From an uncultured Nitrospinaceae bacterium (GTDB lineage Bacteria > UBA8248), in NCBI GenBank assembly GCA_964005815.1, contig CAXFSR010000043.1, positions 64,001 to 128,000 of the forward strand: a stretch of DNA of 64,000 bases, given 5' to 3'. Each line of letters opens with the position of its first letter. The stretch's first letter is position 1. Below are positions 29,394 to 38,268 of this stretch, in pieces. The notes under the pieces were generated by a model. That model was not told where the DNA came from and made no database searches. It was given only the letters and a program-made list of their open reading frames with translations. The position numbers and the translations under genes are program-made.

Positions 29394-29849
29394 ATGAATG
29401 ATTTTGAAGACATCCACGAAAAAACAAACGAACTTGTTACAGATGCAGGAAAAGGCCAACATCTATTTCGTATGAAAGAAATGGAATCCTATATGATTGG
29501 ACCTCATTATTCGACTTCCGAAGGCGCTGCTGTAAAAGGAACAAATATACAAATTGTATACGTTAACAAACCTAAAGGGACTGGCTCCAGACTTCATACT
29601 CACCCAAATGAACAGTTCAATTTTGTGATTAAAGGAAAATTAAAATACAAAGTAAATGACGAGGAAGGTATTGCTGGGCCGGGAGATCTAATCCATATAC
29701 CTGCAAACGCTGAACACTACTGCGTTACAACAGAAGAAGAAGATGCCATATATCTAGCATCAAAAGACACAACTTACTTTATAGCAGGTGATGCTACTGA
29801 TGGAGAAAAAAGCGGAGCCTTTTACGAAGAAGGATATCAACCAGAATAA
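29394..29849 (+). CDS. Cupin domain protein related to the bicupin halves
   Basis: GPHYST.EG, HTHPNEQF, IPANAEH, ASKDT; ATG 29394 after GGAG. Confidence 0.83.
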   Translation: MNDFEDIHEKTNELVTDAGKGQHLFRMKEMESYMIGPHYSTSEGAAVKGTNIQIVYVNKPKGTGSRLHTHPNEQFNFVIKGKLKYKVNDEEGIAGPGDLIHIPANAEHYCVTTEEEDAIYLASKDTTYFIAGDATDGEKSGAFYEEGYQPE

Positions 29850-29851
29850 AA

Positions 29852-31024
29852 CTAAGATTCTTTTGGTATCTCCCAATCTTCTATGGAACCAAAAGCTGCA
29901 ATTACAAGAGATCTACATCTATCTCCGGGGGGATTCCCCTCCGGTTGGATGTTTGTACAATAACCGAAAGCTCGATTGTTTTCCCTATCACAAAATGTAT
30001 AAGCCCCTCCTGAACCTGCATGACCAAACGCCTTCATATTTCCGCCCATCGGCAGCATAGGTGGTGAGTTATGTAAAAAACCCAAACCGAAACGCCGAGG
30101 ACGATCAGTCATTGCGCAAATTCCTTCCCATTGCACAGGAGATAAAGCTTCAACTGTTTCAGGCTTAAGAATTCTAACCCCGTCTAATTCTCCATTATTT
30201 GCAAGCATCGCATATACTCTTGCTATACCCCTTGCATTTCCATGACCACCAGATGAAGGATTCAAGCCGACTCTATTCTCATGGGCATTTGTAAGATCAA
30301 TATTTTTAGGTCTACTTTTCCAAGATCTATTTAAATTCGAACCTTCTTTTTCCGCCATTTCCCAAAATTTATTTTCTGGATTTCGGTGCATGGGAGCCAC
30401 TAAAGCGAGTTCACGACCATTCAATCTAATATTGTATTCTGCACCTAAAGGCTCTGTAATTTCTTCTCTAATAAATTGATCGACAGTTCTTCCAGTTACG
30501 CGTCTTACTATCTCGCAATGTATAAACCCAAAATTTATCGAATTATAACCTGCTCTTGTTCCAGGTTCCCAAGCAGGTTCTTGCAATTCAATTGCATTTA
30601 TTTGTGCAGGATATCTAAAAAAATCACCTTCTTTGGCATTATCACAAAAAATCACCCCACATTGATGGCTTATCGTTTGCCTTATAGTAATATTTTCTTT
30701 TCCTGCCTGTCCAAATTCAGACCAATAATCAGCAACAGGAGAATCCAGAGAAACCATTTCTCTGTCCACCAAAACATGAACACACAATGCAGACATACTT
30801 TTTGCGATAGAAGACATTAACGTAATAGTATCTTCTGTCCAAGGTTGCGTACGATCCACATCACGATACCCACCCCACAAATCTACTACTTTACTTCCAC
30901 CTTCATATATACAGACAGCGGATCCTATTTCATTTCTAGAAACAAAGTTTTCGTAAAACTCATCTTTAACTGAAGAAAATCTCGGGTCACAAAATCCCTC
31001 GACCCTTATTTCTCGATCTGACAT
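29852..31024 (-). CDS. Serine hydrolase, beta-lactamase/EstA (family VIII esterase-like)
   Basis: V.G.CDPRF, VDLWGG, SxxK (SIAK), YW.EF...GK, WEPG...GY, FGH.G.GG; ATG 31024 after GGAGG. Confidence 0.88.
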   Translation of the reverse strand: MSDREIRVEGFCDPRFSSVKDEFYENFVSRNEIGSAVCIYEGGSKVVDLWGGYRDVDRTQPWTEDTITLMSSIAKSMSALCVHVLVDREMVSLDSPVADYWSEFGQAGKENITIRQTISHQCGVIFCDNAKEGDFFRYPAQINAIELQEPAWEPGTRAGYNSINFGFIHCEIVRRVTGRTVDQFIREEITEPLGAEYNIRLNGRELALVAPMHRNPENKFWEMAEKEGSNLNRSWKSRPKNIDLTNAHENRVGLNPSSGGHGNARGIARVYAMLANNGELDGVRILKPETVEALSPVQWEGICAMTDRPRRFGLGFLHNSPPMLPMGGNMKAFGHAGSGGAYTFCDRENNRAFGYCTNIQPEGNPPGDRCRSLVIAAFGSIEDWEIPKES

Positions 31025-31167
31025 AACAGATCCTCCATTAGAAGGTTTGAAAATACTCAAACTAAAAATATTTTTGACTTGTTTTTATTCTAAAATTAAC
31101 AATAGGATAACGCATACGCTTAGTTCCAGTGAAGTTTCTTTTAAATTTTTTGTCAAGAAAGTTCTGA

Positions 31168-32430
31168 ATGAATAAGAGAAAATATATTTTCACGGCTAAT
31201 GAATACGCTATTATCGTATATTGCTTTCTTTTGTTATCTGCTACATCATTCCTCAATTTCAATTTTGGAATATTCATTAAACCTCTAGAAGGTGAATTTC
31301 AATGGTCAAGAACTAGTATTTCTTCTGCATATTCTATCTACATGATCATTGGTTCATTTGCAGCAATTCTTACTGGAGAATTATCGGATAGATATGGAGC
31401 ACAAAAAATTATCCTAATAGGAATGCTTCTCAGTGGGCTATCCCTCTTTCTTGCATCCACTTTAAATACGATATGGGAATTCTACATATATATTGGTGTT
31501 TTAGCAGGATTGAGCAGAAGCGCTCTAAATACACCAATCTTCGCTTATATCCAAAAGACTTTTGATTACAAACGTGGATTAGCAACAGGCATAGCTGGCT
31601 CAGGTGGTGGTCTAGGCATTCTTATCATTACACCAGTAGTAGGATACTTAATCATTCACTACGGGTGGAGACCATCATACATAGTTCTCGCTTCTGTCTT
31701 CTTTGTTCTTTCAATACCAACATTAGCTATCATCTTACTCAGCAGAAAAAATCAGAGAACAACAGAGGCAGAGGAATCGCCTCCTGAAGAAAATATCTTG
31801 AGTGAATCAACACAGGGCATGAAAGTCATTATGAAACATAGGTCTTTTTGGTCTATCCTAGGAAGTCACAGTTGCGATTGTATTTGTCACTCCGTAATTA
31901 TTGTTCATCTGGTTCCTTTTGCTATTGAATCCGGAGTACCTCGACTTGAAGCAGCAACCCTTTTAGGGATGATAGGTCTAGGTGCACTTATAGGTAGAAT
32001 TGTAGCTGGGATTATGTCTGATCGTATAGGTGCAAAATGGGCTCTTTTCATTTCACTTACTTGCCAGACATTGCCGGTTCCTCTATTACTTTTCAATCCA
32101 AATTTCACAACCATGCTTCTTATTGCTTCTTTTGTAGGATTAGGATTAGGCGGACACGGAACAATGTATCCTATTGTTACTCGTGACTACTACGGCAAGA
32201 AAAGAGTCGGAATATTATTTGGAACTTTTGCAACTGGCGCAAGTATAGGGATGGCTGCAGGTAGTTTCCTAGGAGGAGCAATACATGATTTGACAGGAAC
32301 TTATCACGCAGCATTCATGTTCAGTTTCTTTTTTGGCGCATGCTCCCTATTCTTAGTTTGGCTTTATCCTGAGAAAAACAATCTACAACCTACTGAAAAA
32401 GAAAAAGCAGAATTCGCACTTAATACTTAA
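31168..32430 (+). CDS. MFS transporter (OFA/MCT-like)
   Basis: EFQWSR, GELSDRYG, KRGLA.G.A..G, SDRIG, G.I.D.TG.Y. Confidence 0.88.
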   Translation: MNKRKYIFTANEYAIIVYCFLLLSATSFLNFNFGIFIKPLEGEFQWSRTSISSAYSIYMIIGSFAAILTGELSDRYGAQKIILIGMLLSGLSLFLASTLNTIWEFYIYIGVLAGLSRSALNTPIFAYIQKTFDYKRGLATGIAGSGGGLGILIITPVVGYLIIHYGWRPSYIVLASVFFVLSIPTLAIILLSRKNQRTTEAEESPPEENILSESTQGMKVIMKHRSFWSILGSHSCDCICHSVIIVHLVPFAIESGVPRLEAATLLGMIGLGALIGRIVAGIMSDRIGAKWALFISLTCQTLPVPLLLFNPNFTTMLLIASFVGLGLGGHGTMYPIVTRDYYGKKRVGILFGTFATGASIGMAAGSFLGGAIHDLTGTYHAAFMFSFFFGACSLFLVWLYPEKNNLQPTEKEKAEFALNT

Positions 32431-33338
32431 TCTGCATTTTCATCTATCGAATCAAATGCTTTCTTAGCTGCACGAAGACCCTGGTTAGTTTTAGAAAGTC
32501 CAATATAGGGACTGCATTGCGTAATTGCTTCTAAAATTTCATCTCTGTTCAAACCTGCGTTTAATGCACTACGAACGTGCCACTCCAGCTCATTTTCACA
32601 CTGATTGGCTGTAGAAGCTGCAATCACAATCAACTCTTTTGTTCTTAAGTCAAGAAGTGACTGATTCCAAACCATACCAAAACAGTATTCAAAAATTACC
32701 TGATTATGCGCGGGAGAAATAGTATAAAAACCATCGTGCCCCTGTCCGCCAGCACCATAAATTCCAATCTTTTGCCGAACAGAAATAGCTTTATCTATTC
32801 TTTCCTGCACATCAGGACTAAGATCGACCTGTGCAAGTAACCTGTCTCCTGCTTTTTCCGCCTCTAATTGTTCTTGAGCAAGATTAGAATTATCGGCAGT
32901 TTCTTCGTACTTAGTAATGCCAACTTTCTTAAAAGCACGCATCATTGACTTAAACGCATGATTGGTTTTAGGAAGACCTATATAAGGACTCAATTGTGCT
33001 ATTACTTCTATTATTTCATCAGATTCTAGACCTAAATTCAGAGCACTCTGAACATGCCATTCTACTTCTTCATCTAATTGTTGTGCGGCGAGTACACTAA
33101 TCACAATAATTTCTTTCTCTTTTAACGTCAGATTAGGTTGTCCCCATACCATACCGAAACAATATTCAAAGATTACCTGAGCATGTGTTGGAGAAAAATT
33201 CCATGCGCCACGTTCAGACTGTCCTCCTTTCCCATATATTCCCATAGACTTCCGGATATTAACTGCTCTATCAATCCTTTCTTTTACGTTTGGATCCGAA
33301 TCAACATAAGGAAGTATTTGATCTTTATTCTCATCCAT
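32427..33338 (-). CDS. Double-domain CMD (PcaC-like) protein
   Basis: Two internal repeats, each QVIFEYCFGMVW...L.L..KE...EWHV.SALN.GL..DEI.E.I.Q.SPYIGL. Confidence 0.85.
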   Translation of the reverse strand: MDENKDQILPYVDSDPNVKERIDRAVNIRKSMGIYGKGGQSERGAWNFSPTHAQVIFEYCFGMVWGQPNLTLKEKEIIVISVLAAQQLDEEVEWHVQSALNLGLESDEIIEVIAQLSPYIGLPKTNHAFKSMMRAFKKVGITKYEETADNSNLAQEQLEAEKAGDRLLAQVDLSPDVQERIDKAISVRQKIGIYGAGGQGHDGFYTISPAHNQVIFEYCFGMVWNQSLLDLRTKELIVIAASTANQCENELEWHVRSALNAGLNRDEILEAITQCSPYIGLSKTNQGLRAAKKAFDSIDENAD

Positions 33339-33366
33339 TTATTTATCTCCTTATAATAGAGGAAAA

Positions 33367-34248
33367 TCAGAACGAACTAACTCCAATTAAAACTATACCT
33401 AAAACTATCAAAATGGTTCCTATATATGACCAAATAGTAACCTGCTCTATTTTACGAAGGAAAACACTACTTAGGAAAAGTGCAAAGAACGATGAAGAGG
33501 CAAACAAGGGAACTACTATCGTTACATCACCATAATTTGTAGCCATCCATCTACAAACAAATGCCATAAGATTTACAAGTCCACAAAGCCCATATGCAAT
33601 CCAAGCCTTCTTTGAACTAAATACAGGCCTGATATTTTTTGGCAAGAAAAAAGATAAGGCTAGAAGAGTCAACATTGCTGATGCGTATGTTACCGTTCCT
33701 CCAAAGATAGGTTCTGGCAAAACATTTAAACTCATCTTTCGAAAAATATTAGCTATTGACAAAGACAAAATTGTAAAAAAAGGAAGCCATAAATAGCGTG
33801 GTTTCCAATCAGGAAATTGTTCTCTTTTAAGAGTAATTACAAGGCAACCTATAAAAACAGATATAGTAGCAATCCATATATAAATATTTGGCCTTTCCCC
33901 TAAAAGCTCAAATGCAAACACCGCACTAAAGAGGGGAATGCTAGAAAGTAATGGTGAAGTAATGGCTACACCAATTTTATGCAAAGACATAAATAAAAAA
34001 AATCTTCCTAAGCCAGTTCCAAAAATTCCAGTTGTTATAAAATATCCTATTGCTTTTAAATTTAACCATTCTGGTTCCCAAGTAATAAATGAAACCAAAA
34101 TTAAAATTGGCAGATTGACAAAGATTCCTATTAAAGCACCGGTTAATGCATTACCGTACTCCCTACCCTTCCTAACTAAAATTTGGAAAGATGCAGTGAA
34201 TAATGCTGTAACCAAAGCAAAAATAAATGCCAACTGTACATTTTCCAT
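33367..34248 (-). CDS. EamA/DMT family transporter
   Basis: 293 aa, 10 TM, LLGERP, GD...V.PLFASS; paralog of the adjacent gene. Confidence 0.88.
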   Translation of the reverse strand: MENVQLAFIFALVTALFTASFQILVRKGREYGNALTGALIGIFVNLPILILVSFITWEPEWLNLKAIGYFITTGIFGTGLGRFFLFMSLHKIGVAITSPLLSSIPLFSAVFAFELLGERPNIYIWIATISVFIGCLVITLKREQFPDWKPRYLWLPFFTILSLSIANIFRKMSLNVLPEPIFGGTVTYASAMLTLLALSFFLPKNIRPVFSSKKAWIAYGLCGLVNLMAFVCRWMATNYGDVTIVVPLFASSSFFALFLSSVFLRKIEQVTIWSYIGTILIVLGIVLIGVSSF

Positions 34249-34377
34249 TTTCTCTCACATTCTTTGACCGCAAATACATTCTGGCTTTCACAGACATTCA
34301 TGTAAAATTGCTACACTGACTCTGAAAACAAACAATTGAAAAACTCGAGGAACTATTTATCTCATTTCAAAAGAAGA

Positions 34378-35259
34378 CTAAAAAGAACTAATCCCTATCA
34401 AAACAACTCCTAAAATTATCAAGATAGTTCCAAGATAGCTCCATTTGGTAACTTTCTCTATATCACGAAGCAGAAAACTACTAAGAAAAAGTGCAAAGAT
34501 GGAAGATGAAGCAAATAAAGGAATAACTACAGTTAGATCTCCATATTTAGTAGCTATCCATCTACATATAAAAGCAAGCATATTTATAAAACCACAAAAA
34601 CCCCAAAAAACCCAACCTTTTTTTGCCTTAAGATTTGGCTTCATATCTGAAGGCAGAAAAAAAGACAACAAAATAAGGCTCGACATTGCTGTAATGTAAG
34701 TAATTGTCCCTCCAAAAATCGGGGCAGGTAAAACGTTTAAACTATGTTTACGCAAAACATTTCCTATAGAAAAAGAAAGAACAGCTAAAATTGGAAGCCA
34801 CAAGTAGCGAGGTTTCCAGCCAGGGAATTCCTCTCTTTTAAATGTAATGACAAGACAACCAAAAAAAACACAGAATGTAGCTACCCAAATGTAAAAATCC
34901 GGTCTTTCACCTAATAATCCAAACGCTAGAGCAGCACTAAAAAGAGGAGTACAAGAAAGCAGAGGAGATGTAATAGCTACACCGATCTTATGTATAGACA
35001 TAAACAGAAAGAATCTACCCAACCCCGGACCAAAAATGCCAGTAGCCGCAAAAATCATTATAGCTTTTGCATTAAACCATTCAGGCTCCCATGTGACATA
35101 AGAAATACCAACCATAATTGGGAAATTCACTATAAGGCCAATCAATACTCCTGTTAGAGCATTACCAAAGTCCTTACCCTTTCTGACAACAATCTGAAAA
35201 GATGCTGTGAGGAGAGCAGTTATTAATCCAAAAATTACAGCTAGCTGTCCATATTCCAT
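34378..35259 (-). CDS. EamA/DMT family transporter
   Basis: 293 aa; shares TWEPEW, HKIGVAITSPLLS and WKPRYLWLP with its neighbour. Confidence 0.88.
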   Translation of the reverse strand: MEYGQLAVIFGLITALLTASFQIVVRKGKDFGNALTGVLIGLIVNFPIMVGISYVTWEPEWFNAKAIMIFAATGIFGPGLGRFFLFMSIHKIGVAITSPLLSCTPLFSAALAFGLLGERPDFYIWVATFCVFFGCLVITFKREEFPGWKPRYLWLPILAVLSFSIGNVLRKHSLNVLPAPIFGGTITYITAMSSLILLSFFLPSDMKPNLKAKKGWVFWGFCGFINMLAFICRWIATKYGDLTVVIPLFASSSIFALFLSSFLLRDIEKVTKWSYLGTILIILGVVLIGISSF

Positions 35260-35271
35260 AATATTTTTTCA

Positions 35272-36102
35272 TTAACCCTCATCGTGAATCTTCTTAAGTG
35301 TTCTCAGCCCTTCGTGCAATAAAGCAATCCCACCAGGAGGAACACAAACTTGGAAACATTCAAGCAATTGCTCCATAGAAGTTCCTAAACGAAGCGCTTT
35401 CTTCGAATGAAAATACAACTCTTCTCTAAAACCTCTGAAAGCAAACACTGCCATAACTATCAGTTCTCTTTGTATTGGAGTTAAAAACCCTTCTTTTTCT
35501 TCGAAGAAACTCCAATGCATCCTAGAATAAATCTCAAAATAGTCTGGATCGAGTTCTACGCCAAATGCAATTGCTTCATCCACATACCCGTTTGCCTCCT
35601 CTATCGTTTCAGTAACTCTTTTAATCTTTTCTTCTTTTGTCTCATTTTCTGGAACATTTCTAGCTACTTCTTCTGCATCAAATCTCCAAGGGCGTTTTTC
35701 ACGAACCAAACTCGGGTCTTCATCTACTATCCTCTTCAAAGTCTCCAGTCCTACCATCCTAGAAGGCCCGCCCCCCGGGAAAAGAGCAACTTCAAAAACT
35801 TCCAATAGTTGATTAAGTGTAGCCCCCTCTTTCAATGCATTTTTTGCATGTACATAAACTCCTGGTCTATCCCGAAAAGAAAGTACTCCACATACAATCA
35901 TTTCTCTTGTCATATGATCTAAATGTCTTTTATTTTGAGGTGTGAAAAATCCCCATCCATTATATCTGTACGCTTCAAAATAATCTGGATCTAAAGAAGC
36001 ACCGAAGGAAAGCAAGTTATCGAAACCGGTTGTTCCATCTCTTTCTTTTCTGAAAATCTCTGCCACTCTCAATGCCTTTTCTTCATAACTTTCACTATTC
36101 AT
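35272..36102 (-). CDS. Double-domain CMD/AhpD-like protein
   Basis: Two repeats LDPDYFE.Y...W.FF...L....RE.I....FR....H...AL..G. Confidence 0.8.
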   Translation of the reverse strand: MNSESYEEKALRVAEIFRKERDGTTGFDNLLSFGASLDPDYFEAYRYNGWGFFTPQNKRHLDHMTREMIVCGVLSFRDRPGVYVHAKNALKEGATLNQLLEVFEVALFPGGGPSRMVGLETLKRIVDEDPSLVREKRPWRFDAEEVARNVPENETKEEKIKRVTETIEEANGYVDEAIAFGVELDPDYFEIYSRMHWSFFEEKEGFLTPIQRELIVMAVFAFRGFREELYFHSKKALRLGTSMEQLLECFQVCVPPGGIALLHEGLRTLKKIHDEG

Positions 36103-36139
36103 TCCATCTTCCTTTCTTAAGATTCTAAAATCATTAAAC

Positions 36140-36976
36140 TTAGTCTTCGTTTTTCATTTCCTCGGAAATAATCCTCAATGTTCTCAAACCTTCATGCAAT
36201 TGACCTAGACCAGCAGGGGGAATACACACTTCATGACATTCCAAAAGTTGATGAATAGTAGCACCAAGTCTCAAAGCTTTCTTGGCATGCTGGTATGCTT
36301 CTTCCCTGAGACCTCTGAAAGTCATCACTACAAGAAGAACCATCTCCCTCACAATTGGATCCAAATGACATCTTTCTTGTTCAAAAAATCCCCAGTAGAC
36401 CTTCGAATAAACCTCAAAAAAATCTGGATCCAATTCAACACCAAACGATATATTTTCGTCTTCATATCCCATGTCTGAATGAATCTTCTTTGTAATTCTT
36501 TCAACTTTTTCTTCTCTTGATTCATTTGAAAAGTCTTCTTCTATTTCTGAATCACTTTTAGCCTCTCTTTCTATAGGAGCATGACCATCTTCCTCTTCAA
36601 CTATCTTCCTTAAGCCTTCTAATCCTACCACCCTGGTTGGTCCACCACCCGGGAAAACTGCGACTGAAAAAACTTCCATAAGTTCATTAATTGTAGCGCC
36701 CTGCCTCAAGGCATTTTTTGCATGCTGATATGCCCCAGGTCTATCTCTAAATGCTAGGAGTGCACATACAATCATTTCTCTGGTCTTATGATCCAAATGT
36801 CTAGGCTTATCTGCAGAAAAAAACCCCCATCCTGAGGATCTATACAACTCTTCATATTCATAGTCCCATTCAATAGCAAAATTTACGAGACTTTTGTCTG
36901 GGGTTGCCTCATCCCAAACAGGGAGAATCTTTTCTTTAGCCCTTTGGACTTTTTCTTCTAATGTTTCTTTGTTCAT
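36140..36976 (-). CDS. Double-domain CMD/AhpD-like protein (paralog of 35272-36102)
   Basis: RHLDHKTREMIVC, FRDRPG.Y.HAKNAL, FPGGGP; ATG 36976 after AAGGAG. Confidence 0.8.
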   Translation of the reverse strand: MNKETLEEKVQRAKEKILPVWDEATPDKSLVNFAIEWDYEYEELYRSSGWGFFSADKPRHLDHKTREMIVCALLAFRDRPGAYQHAKNALRQGATINELMEVFSVAVFPGGGPTRVVGLEGLRKIVEEEDGHAPIEREAKSDSEIEEDFSNESREEKVERITKKIHSDMGYEDENISFGVELDPDFFEVYSKVYWGFFEQERCHLDPIVREMVLLVVMTFRGLREEAYQHAKKALRLGATIHQLLECHEVCIPPAGLGQLHEGLRTLRIISEEMKNED

Positions 36977-37035
36977 CGAAATACTCCTTTGCAAGAAGAA
37001 CAAAACAATTCAATTTTCAGAACAAAATTTGATTT

Positions 37036-37066
37036 GAAAAAATTCCATCTCGAATACAGATGGAAT
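37036..37066 (-). terminator. Intrinsic terminator-like hairpin
   Basis: ATTCCATCT-cgaatac-AGATGGAAT 9-bp stem (37042-37066), followed by a U-run on the minus strand. Confidence 0.6.
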
Positions 37067-37077
37067 AATATTGAAAA

Positions 37078-37112
37078 GTTAACCTGGGCAGTACAAAACT
37101 GCCCAGGTTAAC
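37078..37112 (-). terminator. Strong 15-bp hairpin downstream of the binding-protein gene
   Basis: GTTAACCTGGGCAGT-acaaa-ACTGCCCAGGTTAAC perfect inverted repeat, followed by TTTT on the minus strand. Confidence 0.7.
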
Positions 37113-37154
37113 ACCACGAACAAATTAATTTTATAAAATTAAAACTTCACATTA

Positions 37155-38234
37155 CTACTTCTTTTTCTTCTTTTTCTTCTTCTTGTAAATACGAACTTTC
37201 ATACCTTTCATAATCTTTCCAAATTTCTTAAGCATTTTTCTTTTGTTTTTAATAAAATTCTTCTGACTAAATCCAAGAAGATTTTCTGGAGCAGTAAGCT
37301 TTGGATCTCTAGGGTGGTATGACTTAACATCTGTTCTCGTTGGAGGATATCCACCATCTTTTGTCATAAGCGCTTGCACTTTTGCAGAACTTTCCCAATC
37401 TATCCATAATTTTGCAGCATTAGGATTTGGTGGATTTGCACAAATTGCTACAGGACTAGTCTTTTTCGAGATACCCTCTTTTGGATAGACAGGAGATACA
37501 GATTGTCCTTTTGCTTTTCTTCTTACAAGATCGTGTTCATTTGCTATGACTAGAACGTCTGCTTCACCATTGATTAAAGCAAGTGCTGCAGTAGAAGTAG
37601 CTTTCAATAAAAGAGGTTTATTTTTTGCTAGTTCTTGAAAATATTCCCAACCAAAACGTTTCACCATTCCAGCCATCCACCACCTTGCTGGACCACTTTT
37701 CCTAGGATCAACGATAGCCAGACGACCTTTCCATTTTGGGTCTAAGACATCTTTCCAACTTTTTGGTGCTTCAGAATCTTTAACATTCTTTGTATTGTAT
37801 CCCATCGAACCAATTGTTGTTCTAGATGGAGTTATCCAACCTTCTGGATTTGCCAATCCTTTATGAAAAGAGGAAGTATTTCCAGTAACATACTTCTTCA
37901 ACAAACCTTCTTTCTGCCATCTTATAAAAACTGTAGGATCACCAGTAGAAACTATGTCACATTTAAGAGCACCAGCCATTTTTTCGGCGGTTACCATTCT
38001 TATAATTCCACCAGTTCCTTTTCTGGTCCACTTAACTTTAATACCATATTTCTTCTCAAAACCTTTAACCAATTTTTTTAACACTCTACGGCTAAGGCTA
38101 TGATATAAAACAACCTTACCTTCTTTCTTTGCGTCTTGAATCAATTTTTCAGATGCGGCATTAACTTGATTCAATCCAAAACAACTGATTGAAAAAAGTA
38201 ATGCAAATGCTGCTAAAGACACTTTTTTAAACAT
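37155..38234 (-). CDS. ABC transporter substrate-binding protein (Fe3+/thiamine/polyamine-type), C-terminal Lys9
   Basis: Signal peptide, AKKEGKVVLY, PKSWKD.LDPKWKG, DP..SG, P.PNAAKL..DW. Confidence 0.88.
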   Translation of the reverse strand: MFKKVSLAAFALLFSISCFGLNQVNAASEKLIQDAKKEGKVVLYHSLSRRVLKKLVKGFEKKYGIKVKWTRKGTGGIIRMVTAEKMAGALKCDIVSTGDPTVFIRWQKEGLLKKYVTGNTSSFHKGLANPEGWITPSRTTIGSMGYNTKNVKDSEAPKSWKDVLDPKWKGRLAIVDPRKSGPARWWMAGMVKRFGWEYFQELAKNKPLLLKATSTAALALINGEADVLVIANEHDLVRRKAKGQSVSPVYPKEGISKKTSPVAICANPPNPNAAKLWIDWESSAKVQALMTKDGGYPPTRTDVKSYHPRDPKLTAPENLLGFSQKNFIKNKRKMLKKFGKIMKGMKVRIYKKKKKKKKK

Positions 38235-38268
38235 TCTTATACCCCCTTAGTTTAAAAGAAAACAAAAT

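Noticed and set aside
29852..31024. Beta-lactam resistance gene
   Set aside because: No signal peptide; motifs fit cytoplasmic family VIII esterase-like hydrolases
18781..34316. Shared 11-mer GTGTAGCAATT at 18781-18791 and, reversed, at 34306-34316 in two intergenic regions
   Set aside because: Only two copies, in opposite orientation relative to the downstream genes; compatible with chance
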